Positions 52,983 to 61,575 of a DNA stretch of 62,953 nucleotides are shown piece by piece. The translations under genes were made by a program, and so were the position numbers. Origin of the DNA: an uncultured Candidatus Saccharibacteria bacterium (GTDB taxonomy: Bacteria > Patescibacteriota > Saccharimonadia > Saccharimonadales > JACDBH01); NCBI GenBank assembly GCA_964490245.1, contig CAZBAF010000007.1, positions 1 through 62,953 of the forward strand, read 5' to 3'. Within the stretch, counting starts at the first letter, position 1; each line of letters begins with the position of its first letter. Under the pieces are notes generated by a model. The model was not told the origin of the DNA and searched no databases. It saw only the letters and a program-made list of their open reading frames with translations.

Positions 52983-54539
52983 CTACAACCCCGGCAGCTG
53001 GTTGATACGCGGCAGCACACCCAGCACATTACCCACCTGCAGGCCGGTTGCGCCCTTGCTCAGTGCATTGGCTGCCTGCGTATTGTTATTTATGATGTGA
53101 CCAACCACTCGTTTACCAGTGGCAAGCAGCACGTCCCAGTGAGCCTGATCGGCATCGTGGTTGAGACCCAATATATCATAGAGAGCCACTTTAGCCGGTG
53201 TACTGCCGGGATTATCCGTGTCATAGAAATACCCCCATTGCATATAGCCGCGCATAGCCGGTTCTGCCGCATGACTTGTACCGCCGCCGCCATAACTCTT
53301 AATAATGAACCGCTGTACGGCCTCGGCCCGCGGAAAACGGCTTTCTATCAGATCAAGCAGGGCTGCCATATGGTTGTAGGTCTTGTCTTCAACAATGATA
53401 ACGTGCGTACGGGCATAGTCAGAAGCCAAAAAATCATCGAACCGTTCAATGGGGCCGGAGTAGCCGTTGCCTGACTGCGTCAGCCCCTGTAACGTCGCCC
53501 ACGGCGTTGAGGCAATGGTATGGTTAACACCTGTCATGCGGGTTGTCGTGGGGTCATGATGCATTACCCACACACCGTCAGATGTACGCTGCAGCGACAC
53601 CTCCAGACACTTGGCACCGTGCCATACCGCGTTGGTGTAGGCCCTCATCGTAAACTCTAAAAAGTTGGCAGACCCGCCGCGATGCGCCCAGTAAAAAGGA
53701 TTCTCCTCCAGCATGTCCGCGATCGTAAAACGTTCGCCCTGCGGAAGTGCCAGAATATCCTCAACCGGCTGCAGATCGCTGCCGTTATACCACCATGCTG
53801 CCGCATTCTGAAGATCTGCTCCGTCATAAATCTTTATGGTTTTAGTCGAAGGAGCAGCCGGCTGCCCGCCCCTGAGCACAAAGGCACGCACGGCGCGCTG
53901 CGGTGCTGCCACGCTCAGGCTGGCGGTTTTGGCCGGAATCACTTCAATATCAACATCTTCTGTAAAAACTCCGACAACCGTCTTGGCGCCATTGGATGCT
54001 CCGCTGTAATCATAAAACTGCTGCGTCATTCCGTCCGGTCCGGATGCTAGCGTGACGTTGTCTGCCGGAGACGGAAAATTGGCCATCATACTAAACACCA
54101 AAAGGCCGTCTTCTGCGGTCGAACTAATGGGCGAGGTTGATATATCCGTCCCGCTGATGCCAGTTCCCTCCGGCCCGAACGAAACTACCACCGGATCATC
54201 AATATTAAGATTCTGCACACGAACCATGACGCCAAGCAGACGGTTACCGCTGCCCGGAGCGGTAAACTGGTACGTGGCTGCCGGACTGCCGGTAAGCGGC
54301 AGAATAAAAAACGACTGCAGACGATGGTCGAGGCTATCGGTATGGTCAGGGCCAATGCGTGTCCAGCCCGGTGGCGGCGTCCAGTCGGATGCTGTCTGCC
54401 CCTGGCCGGTAAGCACTGCCAGCAGCACCTCGCCCGCCTGGGCATCGGCCGGCACTGCGATTGTCACCGAACCGCCCGTGCCGTTGGCATTGACGCCAGT
54501 CGCAGAGGTAGGCACTCCAACAAACGCAGGACGCGGCAC
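52983..54539 (-). CDS. phage minor-tail-like beta-rich domain fused to a glycerophosphodiester phosphodiesterase (GDPD) domain
   Basis: 518 aa. N-terminal about 270 aa with AGEVLLAVLTGQGQTASDWTPPPGWTRI. C-terminal GDPD signature WAHRGGSANFLEFT ... CLEVSLQRTSDGVWVMHHD. Confidence 0.6.
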   Translation of the reverse strand: MPRPAFVGVPTSATGVNANGTGGSVTIAVPADAQAGEVLLAVLTGQGQTASDWTPPPGWTRIGPDHTDSLDHRLQSFFILPLTGSPAATYQFTAPGSGNRLLGVMVRVQNLNIDDPVVVSFGPEGTGISGTDISTSPISSTAEDGLLVFSMMANFPSPADNVTLASGPDGMTQQFYDYSGASNGAKTVVGVFTEDVDIEVIPAKTASLSVAAPQRAVRAFVLRGGQPAAPSTKTIKIYDGADLQNAAAWWYNGSDLQPVEDILALPQGERFTIADMLEENPFYWAHRGGSANFLEFTMRAYTNAVWHGAKCLEVSLQRTSDGVWVMHHDPTTTRMTGVNHTIASTPWATLQGLTQSGNGYSGPIERFDDFLASDYARTHVIIVEDKTYNHMAALLDLIESRFPRAEAVQRFIIKSYGGGGTSHAAEPAMRGYMQWGYFYDTDNPGSTPAKVALYDILGLNHDADQAHWDVLLATGKRVVGHIINNNTQAANALSKGATGLQVGNVLGVLPRINQLPGL

Positions 54540-54545
54540 CTAAAC

Positions 54546-55103
54546 TTATCCTCCGACAACTATAATGATGGAGTTTGCCGGCGTGCCGGGCGGCACCGGA
54601 TCGCCATCGTTTATTTTAATAATCCCGATCGCCGCCTGACCTTCAGTAACCGTAGCCGCCCCTAAAGATGCAGCGCCCACCGCTCCTGCGTCAGTGATGT
54701 CCGCTGCGGTATGCGCGTGCGCCACATCTGCCTTGTCAGCAAGCCCGGGCACTGTCGGGCTGTCAGCTGTTCCGCCCAGATCGCCCGTTAGCCTCACTAC
54801 ACCCTTGACGCCTGACGTTGCATCGGGAGCCCCCGCTGCCGCCACCCCGTCAACATAGGCCTTGTTGGCGGCCTGTTGATTGCTGGTGGGTGTCGGCACC
54901 AGAGGCGAAGCAGTAAAAGTCTTTGCCCCGTTCACGGTTTGCGCACCGGACAACTTAACCACGTTGCTGTCCTGAGCGGCGCCCGCCTGGGCCATTGCGG
55001 CAGGCTTAATACTGCCGTCCGCATTATGCGACTGCGTCAGAAAATCGTTCAGGATGGCGCCCCATGATCCGTCGTCACCACCTGGTACAGGTAATCGTGC
55101 CAT
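54546..55103 (-). CDS. phage tail-fibre-like protein
   Basis: 185 aa. LPVPGGDDGSWGAILNDFL, TVNGAKTFTASPLVPTPTSNQQAANKAYVD, KGVVRLTGDLGGTADSPTVPGL, HAHTAADITD. From memory this is the motif set of actinophage tail-fibre/minor tail proteins. TATACT plus GGAGGGAG upstream. Confidence 0.6.
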   Translation of the reverse strand: MARLPVPGGDDGSWGAILNDFLTQSHNADGSIKPAAMAQAGAAQDSNVVKLSGAQTVNGAKTFTASPLVPTPTSNQQAANKAYVDGVAAAGAPDATSGVKGVVRLTGDLGGTADSPTVPGLADKADVAHAHTAADITDAGAVGAASLGAATVTEGQAAIGIIKINDGDPVPPGTPANSIIIVVGG

Positions 55104-55144
55104 AACTCCCTCCAGTATACTAAAGCATAACCTTTATGGGCAAT

Positions 55145-56155
55145 TTAAGCCGATTGCCCCTGCAAAACCGGATTGTAAAAATCCGATATAACCCCCGGCT
55201 GCGTCCTCTGTGCCGGTACCTCACGATGCGAAGGCCCGCGCTGGGCCGCTGCCGGCCGGGCGGACGACAGCGCGCCTGACGGTCTGGCGCGCACCGGGGC
55301 AACAAAGTCGCTTATCACCCGCGCCTGCTGTGCCATCGCCGGCCGGTGCTGCGCCTTGACGGGCGGAGCTTGTTTAACCTGAGCAGTCGGAACCGGCTGC
55401 CGTACAACCGGATCAGTAGCCGGCGCAACAACTACTGAGGGCCGCTTCAAACGCGACCCGACTGCAACCACCAGCACGGATAACAAATAAAGCACTACCA
55501 GCGGCATGGCCATCAAAAACTGGTTTAGCGGATCAGGCGTCGGCGTAATAATAGCCGCAGCCACAAAGCTGCCCAGAATAACGTACCGTGTTGCCCGCAG
55601 CATTTTTGAAGGCTTAAGAGGGGTAATACGATTTATAAACAAAACAACTATCGGCAGCTGAAAAATCAGTGCAAAACCAAGAATATAGGTAAGAACAAAA
55701 TTAAAGTATTCATTAGCAGTAATCAGTGATTGTATATTACTGTCCTGGCTAAACATTACGAGAAAGTGCAAGGCTGCCGGCAGGCTCAAAAAGTACGCAA
55801 ACAACACGCCGGCAACCGCCAGCAGAAACGAAACCAGAACATAGAGCACGAGCGCCCTTTTGGTGGCATTGCGTATAAGCGGTCCAAAAAAAGCAAAGAC
55901 CTGATAGATAGCAACCGGTAACGCGATCAAAAAGCCAAAAACCGTACAGATCTTTATGATAAAACTGAACGCACCGGTCGGCGCGGTATAGTAGAGCGTA
56001 TCATGAAGCGGCCTCTGCATAACCGCAATAAGGGTGTCATGGATAAAATAGCCCGCAGCAGCGCCCAGCACAACAAAAAGAACAGTCCACATCAACCGTT
56101 TTCGCAGCTCCTGAAGATGTTCTGCGAGTGTAGCCGATGTAGACTGTGCTTGCAT
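55145..56155 (-). CDS. tatC: twin-arginine translocase subunit TatC with about 100-aa C-terminal extension
   Basis: HLQELRKRLMW start motif, 6 TM. The tail carries the repeated motif VISDF(V/Y)xP. Confidence 0.85.
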   Translation of the reverse strand: MQAQSTSATLAEHLQELRKRLMWTVLFVVLGAAAGYFIHDTLIAVMQRPLHDTLYYTAPTGAFSFIIKICTVFGFLIALPVAIYQVFAFFGPLIRNATKRALVLYVLVSFLLAVAGVLFAYFLSLPAALHFLVMFSQDSNIQSLITANEYFNFVLTYILGFALIFQLPIVVLFINRITPLKPSKMLRATRYVILGSFVAAAIITPTPDPLNQFLMAMPLVVLYLLSVLVVAVGSRLKRPSVVVAPATDPVVRQPVPTAQVKQAPPVKAQHRPAMAQQARVISDFVAPVRARPSGALSSARPAAAQRGPSHREVPAQRTQPGVISDFYNPVLQGQSA

Positions 56156-56178
56156 GCTGTGCCCCGCCCCGGTAAGGA

Positions 56179-56370
56179 TTACTTATCTTCTTTGGATCCT
56201 GAAGAATCAGACTTTTTATCATCTGATTTTTTACCAGAATCAAAACCTTTTTGCAGCTCACCGGCAGATTCACCCAGACTCCGGGCAAGCTTAGGCAATT
56301 TAGTGCTGCCGAACAAAAGCAACAAGATAACTAATATAATAATCAGTTCCGGCAATCCCAGTCCGAACAT
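56179..56370 (-). CDS. tatA: twin-arginine translocase subunit TatA
   Basis: 63 aa. MFGLGLPELIIILVILLLLFGSTKLPKLARSLG. AAGGAGAGGG SD. Confidence 0.85.
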   Translation of the reverse strand: MFGLGLPELIIILVILLLLFGSTKLPKLARSLGESAGELQKGFDSGKKSDDKKSDSSGSKEDK

Positions 56371-56433
56371 ACCCTCTCCTTACGACTATTGTGTTAACTT
56401 AACATTATCATATCACAGGACTGCCGCCCTGCA

Positions 56434-56613
56434 CTATCGGCCGTATGTACTTGCACCGTACCCCATAGGACGTACCGACGAGGTACTGCGCCCCTGAAGA
56501 GACTTTAAAACAGCACTAACGCCTAGCACCACCAGCACCAGCGAACCCGCATACTGCAGAAATTCTTTTCGTGTCATTTTTTGTTGCAAGAGTGCAGCCA
56601 GCTGTAGTTTCAT
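56434..56613 (-). CDS. 59-aa mini-protein with Tat-signal-like motif (below the ORF-track cutoff)
   Basis: My own translation: MKLQLAALLQQKMTRKEFLQYAGSLVLVVLGVSAVLKSLQGRSTSSVRPMGYGASTYGR*. AAAGGAAAAATC precedes the ATG. TRKEFLQ followed by a hydrophobic helix resembles (S/T)RRxFLK. Confidence 0.4.
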   Translation of the reverse strand: MKLQLAALLQQKMTRKEFLQYAGSLVLVVLGVSAVLKSLQGRSTSSVRPMGYGASTYGR

Positions 56614-56721
56614 GATTTTTCCTTTGTTTGTATTGGTTTGTTGTTATACCAAAATTATATATACTAGCGTAAGCTTTTTCAATTGTATACTTGCGGCTTT
56701 TTCTTTAAACTAGAGACAAGA

Positions 56722-57027
56722 ATGTCCAAGCTAAAAGAAATTTCTCTACACGTATCTATTATTGCACTGTTTTTTACTTTTCTCTTTGCCGTCCCTGGCC
56801 TGGTCCGGACAACACACGCACAGACTTATAATTGCGGGGCCTACGGGGTCAGTGCTTACGGCAGTTCAGGGGCTGTAAATGCCGACTGCGAGCCGCTCGA
56901 AAATCTTGAAAACACTGGCAGCTCGCCTGTTCCCGGCATGGCGATTGGCGGCCTGATTGTACTGCTGGGAGTTATGGGAATAGTCTTCACCCGACATCGT
57001 CGGTCCAAACCGGCAAGCAGCAGATAA
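56722..57027 (+). CDS. small secreted protein with sortase-type C-terminal sorting-signal architecture
   Basis: Start at MSKLKEISL. Signal peptide ending THAQ, about 33-aa mature part with 2 Cys, then LENTG + hydrophobic helix + RHRRSK tail. TGTATACT box 30 nt upstream. Confidence 0.5.
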   Translation: MSKLKEISLHVSIIALFFTFLFAVPGLVRTTHAQTYNCGAYGVSAYGSSGAVNADCEPLENLENTGSSPVPGMAIGGLIVLLGVMGIVFTRHRRSKPASSR

Positions 57028-57081
57028 ACCCCGTTCTTCATAGGCTGCCGTTTACATAAGCAAAGCCTTCTCGTCAGGGGT

Positions 57082-60000
57082 TTACTGAGGAGCTGCGTCA
57101 AGGCCCCTGTCGACACCGCCGGTAAAGGTACGGCCTCCCCGCAGCCTGCTGCCGGGATTAGACGTGTAGTATAAATCAAAATCAGTTATCTGCGTCTGAG
57201 CAATGGACCTGTCAGGAAAGACACTGCTCCGCTCATCGTTAAAGAAGTATCTGACCCGCAGACAACGCGCCAGTGTTGCGCTGCCGGTTGTAATATCTAT
57301 CATATTTTCTGCGCCCACGTGCAAATCATTAACGGTCTGTCCGGTAATATACGGCGTATCGTTGCACGCTACGCTGTATTCAGAGCTAAAAGGCATTGAA
57401 GTGAAGGTCTGTCTGGTGCCGCGCGTAATCAGTTTATTCGGCCGAACCCCGACCTCAAAGTCATATACCTTCGAAAAACCGCCCGCTCGCGGAATGGATT
57501 GCAGCGTTGCATACCGCGTGGAGCTCAGAATTGTCGGACCGCCGCCGCTTTGTCCGCCAGTCATGTATACGACACCGCCCCAAACCGCAACCGCAAGATT
57601 GCCATGAGTCGACGAGCCCGAATATGACCCCGCCCCCTGCCAGACACCCAGCCGGCCGCCAGACAAAATCGCCGCATACTGCACCTGGTTATAAAAGCCG
57701 CTGCTATTCTCGCCGCCAACCGCATAAATATACCCATTGAGCGCAAAAGCGGCCGAGGTTGAGAAGCTGCTGACAGCATCGTTGAGCTGAGTGGTAGTGT
57801 TCCATGTACCCACCGATCCATCGCTACTAATGTTGAGCGGCGCAAACAGAACAGTTCGAAGACGCCCGGCAGCAGAATTTCCGCCCATCACATAAATATA
57901 GCCCTTATATATAGTAGAAAACATACTGTGACGGCCTTCAGGCAACGAGGTTGTGCTGGTCCAGCCCCCGATATCGCCTGTACTGGTATTGATCGACGCG
58001 AAGCTTACATCAGTCTCAGCTGATGCGCCGCCTATTACATACACCTTGTTACCAGCGTCTACCTCTGTAATTATTCCGGGGTTCGCCCCTGTTGTGGGCA
58101 GAGCCGTATCGTCAATCGTCCAGCCGCCCGTCAAATCACCATTAGATTGAGGTGAGATACGCTGGATATCAGTAAGCACCGTGCCGCTGGCATCGATACC
58201 GCCGGCAATGAATATATAACCGTACCTATAGAAGGCATAGTGGCTATGACGGGCGGTTGTATAGGCACTGGATGCAGTCGACCAGGAGCCGATAGAGCCT
58301 TTCGCATCAAGTGATGCGTATAATATATCGCTTGCAACACTGCTGCATGCCCCGTTGGTGCAGCCCCCCATTGCATAGATGTAGCCGTTCACCACAATTG
58401 ATGCATGGTTTTTGCGGGCAGTAGAAAGCGTAGAGCTGGTGCTCCAGCTGCCCGGCCCTCCTTGGCCGGCGTTATTAACCGCTTGGAATTGAACCTGGTT
58501 CGTATTAGGCGAAACACCTGACCGACCGCCAATAACATACAGCATGCCGTTGAAGACCGCTGCAGAGTTTTCGTACCGTTCTACATTCAGGTTTGTCGTA
58601 TATTCCCAGCTGCCGAGCGTGCCGTTATTGTTGATAGGTGCAAACTGGACGTCACTGAGCGGGGTCGACCCCGCCGTATCGGTACCGCCCAGCACATATA
58701 TGTAACCGTTATACAGAAGCGAGGTAGCATTTGTACGGCCGCCCGTGAAAGAGGTCGTATTATTCCAGCTGCCGAGCGTGCCGTCGGAATTTATATCAGC
58801 ATACTGAACGGTCGTCTGATAGAGGCTGTAGTTTCCGCTGCCAACACCTGGACAGCCGTTAAAACAACCCCCTACCAAATATATCCTGCCATTATAAACA
58901 TGACTGGCACCCCTTAAGTTACTGCGATGCGTCGGCAACGTACCTGTGCTAATCCAGGAACCAAGCGTGCCATCGCTATTTATAGATGCGCGGTAGGTCA
59001 CCATACTGGGTGTGGTTGGCACCCCGCCAATTACATACAAATAGTCATTGAAAGCCTGTAGAGCGTGCGCGCGGCGCACACCGGGAAGAGAAGTTGTAGG
59101 CGTCCAGCTGCCGATGCTGCCATCGCTGTTTACAGCGGCGTACTCTACGCCGTCCAGTTCGCCCCCACTATCCTGTCCGCCGCTCACATACATATACCCG
59201 TTGTAGATAACCACATCAAAGTCCTGCCGGGCATTGTTCATCACATTGGCTGATGTTGTCCACGAACCAAGTGTGCCGGAAGTATTAATCGGAGCATAAG
59301 CCACACTGTTAAGAATACTGCCGTTATTGCCGCCAACCACATACAGGTAGCCGTTGTAGGCAATGCTCTGGTGCATTCGGCGCACGGTAGGCAGGTTTGT
59401 TGCCGACGACCACGAGCCATCATGAAGAGAGCCGGCCGCATTGATTGTTGTGTGCTCGATACGACTGGTCATGTTACAGTCACCGGATATACAGCCGCCA
59501 AGCATGTACATATTACCGTTCCAGGTAACCACAGCCGAAGAGTGTGCGGCAGTGTTGATACTGCTGGTCGTCCTCCAGTCGCCAAGCGAGCCGTCAGCAT
59601 AAATAGGTGCGTACTCAGTCGAGCTTAAAAACGAGCTGCAACCGGATGAGTAGTTGGTGCAGCCGCCAACCACATACAAATAGCCGTTCCAGATGGTGGC
59701 ATGAGGATAGTGCCGAGCGGTATTCATTGAACTGGCAGAAGACCAGCTCCCCACCGATCCGTCGCTATTAACACGTGCATAATACACCGCATTCGAAGAG
59801 GTACCGGCGCCGCCGCGCCCGCCTATCACGTATATCCAGCCATTGTAAGCAAGAACAGAGGCATTCATGCGGTTGCCGGGCAGGTTGTTGCCGGAGCACC
59901 AGGAAGCACCACAACCAGAGTCGCTGGCAATGGAGCCGTCAGCATTCAGACGAGCGTATTCAAATCTGTTTAACGCACTTCCGGAGGTTAAGCCGCCAGC

Positions 60001-61488
60001 TATATACAGATACCCATTGTACGCCGTCATGTCCATCTCGCGCCGCATTGTCAAAAGGCTGGCTGTTGCTGTCCAGTCTCCAAGCGTACCGTCCGCATTG
60101 ATCTTGGCATACTGCACATCACTGAGATAGTTAGTGCCCTGATAGGCGCCGCCTGCCACGTAGATATAGCCGCCATAAACCGCAACAGAATGCTGTCGGC
60201 GCCCCGACCCGATCAGACTCGAGGTGGCCGACCAGCTGCCAAGGGTACCGTCGGTATTAATAGATGCATAATGTACTGAATTAATCCAACCGCCATCAGT
60301 ACTATAGCCGGCAACCAGATAAATATAGCCGTTATAGACTGCTGCCGCATGCGTAATTCTTTGATCGGGCAGGTTCATGGTGCTTGTCCATGATTTGAGC
60401 GTGCCGCCGGTTACGGCACCCCGACGGATCAGGTTGCCCGAGTAGTCAATCTCTACACCCGGTTCCAGATTAACGTTAGAAAAGTCAGCAGCGCTGGTGA
60501 CCTGGAACGTCGGGTCAATTGAGATTGGATACGGCAGGTCCTTTAACGACCTGCTGGCTATGGTCAGGTCGTACACATTATAGGTACTCATGGCCTCTGC
60601 GCGCTGTCGCACCTCCTCTGGGATATCTTTATTATTATCAGCCTGAGCGCGCCGCTCAATCCGTTCGCCCAGCCGGAATTCTGACCGGTCACTATACTCG
60701 CGCCCCGCCGCATCCTTAATAATAGGAGCGGGAATGGTCATGATCAGATTGTTTTTGACACCGTTCTGGCGAGCTTTTTCAACCCGAGCACGATCGTCAT
60801 CGGAACCAAAAGACATATTGCCAAACAGCGAACTGTCAGATGTGTAGATACCAATCCCGCCGTTTTCCAGACGCGCCTCTGTTCCGGCCGGCAGCACCAG
60901 CTCGAACGTATAATCCAACTTGTCGGCAATAAAGTCGGGGATGATGATGTCTTCTTTGAGGCCATTGTATTTGAGGCTATAGACAAGCTGGCTTCTGCCA
61001 AAAGGATAGACGATCTGGTTGCCTGCTGCGCGCCGGCCTTCCTTGACCGGAAACTTAGGCACCAGCCGCACCGCTACCTGCGTGTTTTTATCGGTCACGC
61101 TAATACCCTGCTTTGGGTCGGTACTAAAACTGGCCGAGTACGCGTCGGCTACTCTGCCCGTATGTTTGCTGGTTTCTGATGCAGGCTGTTCTGGCACGGC
61201 AAACTCATAGGCGGTCTGCTGGTCGTTGAGCTTAAGATACTCAACCGCATCATCGCGCACTTCGCCAACCAGACTAAGGGCATTAGGCGACAGCTCATAG
61301 CTTTGATGCTGCATAAACGGGCCAATGCTCTGAATCAAAACCGACAGGCCCATAATGGACGCCCCGGCCAGACCATAGCCTGTCCTGCGCCAGGCTGCAC
61401 GCCGCTGCCTCAAACCCCCGGCCGCAGCCTCTTGTGGCCTGTGACCGTGTTTTTTGTGTTTATTTGAGAATCCGAGCCATGGGTTCAT
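57082..61488 (-). CDS. giant membrane-anchored surface protein with 18 Kelch-type blades
   Basis: 1468 aa. N-terminal TM GLAGASIMGLSVLIQSI. 18 repeats of about 50 aa with the pattern Y(A/V)xIN(A/S)DG(T/S)LGSW ... R ... NGY(I/L)YV(I/V)GG, counted by eye. Distinct N-terminal (about 340 aa) and C-terminal (about 170 aa) domains. Confidence 0.8.
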   Translation of the reverse strand: MNPWLGFSNKHKKHGHRPQEAAAGGLRQRRAAWRRTGYGLAGASIMGLSVLIQSIGPFMQHQSYELSPNALSLVGEVRDDAVEYLKLNDQQTAYEFAVPEQPASETSKHTGRVADAYSASFSTDPKQGISVTDKNTQVAVRLVPKFPVKEGRRAAGNQIVYPFGRSQLVYSLKYNGLKEDIIIPDFIADKLDYTFELVLPAGTEARLENGGIGIYTSDSSLFGNMSFGSDDDRARVEKARQNGVKNNLIMTIPAPIIKDAAGREYSDRSEFRLGERIERRAQADNNKDIPEEVRQRAEAMSTYNVYDLTIASRSLKDLPYPISIDPTFQVTSAADFSNVNLEPGVEIDYSGNLIRRGAVTGGTLKSWTSTMNLPDQRITHAAAVYNGYIYLVAGYSTDGGWINSVHYASINTDGTLGSWSATSSLIGSGRRQHSVAVYGGYIYVAGGAYQGTNYLSDVQYAKINADGTLGDWTATASLLTMRREMDMTAYNGYLYIAGGLTSGSALNRFEYARLNADGSIASDSGCGASWCSGNNLPGNRMNASVLAYNGWIYVIGGRGGAGTSSNAVYYARVNSDGSVGSWSSASSMNTARHYPHATIWNGYLYVVGGCTNYSSGCSSFLSSTEYAPIYADGSLGDWRTTSSINTAAHSSAVVTWNGNMYMLGGCISGDCNMTSRIEHTTINAAGSLHDGSWSSATNLPTVRRMHQSIAYNGYLYVVGGNNGSILNSVAYAPINTSGTLGSWTTSANVMNNARQDFDVVIYNGYMYVSGGQDSGGELDGVEYAAVNSDGSIGSWTPTTSLPGVRRAHALQAFNDYLYVIGGVPTTPSMVTYRASINSDGTLGSWISTGTLPTHRSNLRGASHVYNGRIYLVGGCFNGCPGVGSGNYSLYQTTVQYADINSDGTLGSWNNTTSFTGGRTNATSLLYNGYIYVLGGTDTAGSTPLSDVQFAPINNNGTLGSWEYTTNLNVERYENSAAVFNGMLYVIGGRSGVSPNTNQVQFQAVNNAGQGGPGSWSTSSTLSTARKNHASIVVNGYIYAMGGCTNGACSSVASDILYASLDAKGSIGSWSTASSAYTTARHSHYAFYRYGYIFIAGGIDASGTVLTDIQRISPQSNGDLTGGWTIDDTALPTTGANPGIITEVDAGNKVYVIGGASAETDVSFASINTSTGDIGGWTSTTSLPEGRHSMFSTIYKGYIYVMGGNSAAGRLRTVLFAPLNISSDGSVGTWNTTTQLNDAVSSFSTSAAFALNGYIYAVGGENSSGFYNQVQYAAILSGGRLGVWQGAGSYSGSSTHGNLAVAVWGGVVYMTGGQSGGGPTILSSTRYATLQSIPRAGGFSKVYDFEVGVRPNKLITRGTRQTFTSMPFSSEYSVACNDTPYITGQTVNDLHVGAENMIDITTGSATLARCLRVRYFFNDERSSVFPDRSIAQTQITDFDLYYTSNPGSRLRGGRTFTGGVDRGLDAAPQ

Positions 61489-61575
61489 AGTTTGCTTACT
61501 CTTCTCTGCACTTCTTTGGGTAGTATAGCATAATCGGGATAATTCTCTTCCTCTATAAATAATGCATCGTGTTAT

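Noticed and set aside
52983-55103. Prophage or prophage remnant, suggested by the tail-fibre-like genes.
   Set aside because: No integrase, att-like repeats, terminase, portal, capsid, tape measure, holin or endolysin in the 63 kb. The flanks are tatAC and parAB. It is therefore reported as a domesticated module rather than a mobile element.
57900-60400. Periodic DNA (about 150 nt) inside the Kelch gene as a tandem-repeat or CRISPR-like array.
   Set aside because: The periodicity is at protein level (Kelch blades). The DNA copies are strongly diverged and in frame within one long ORF.
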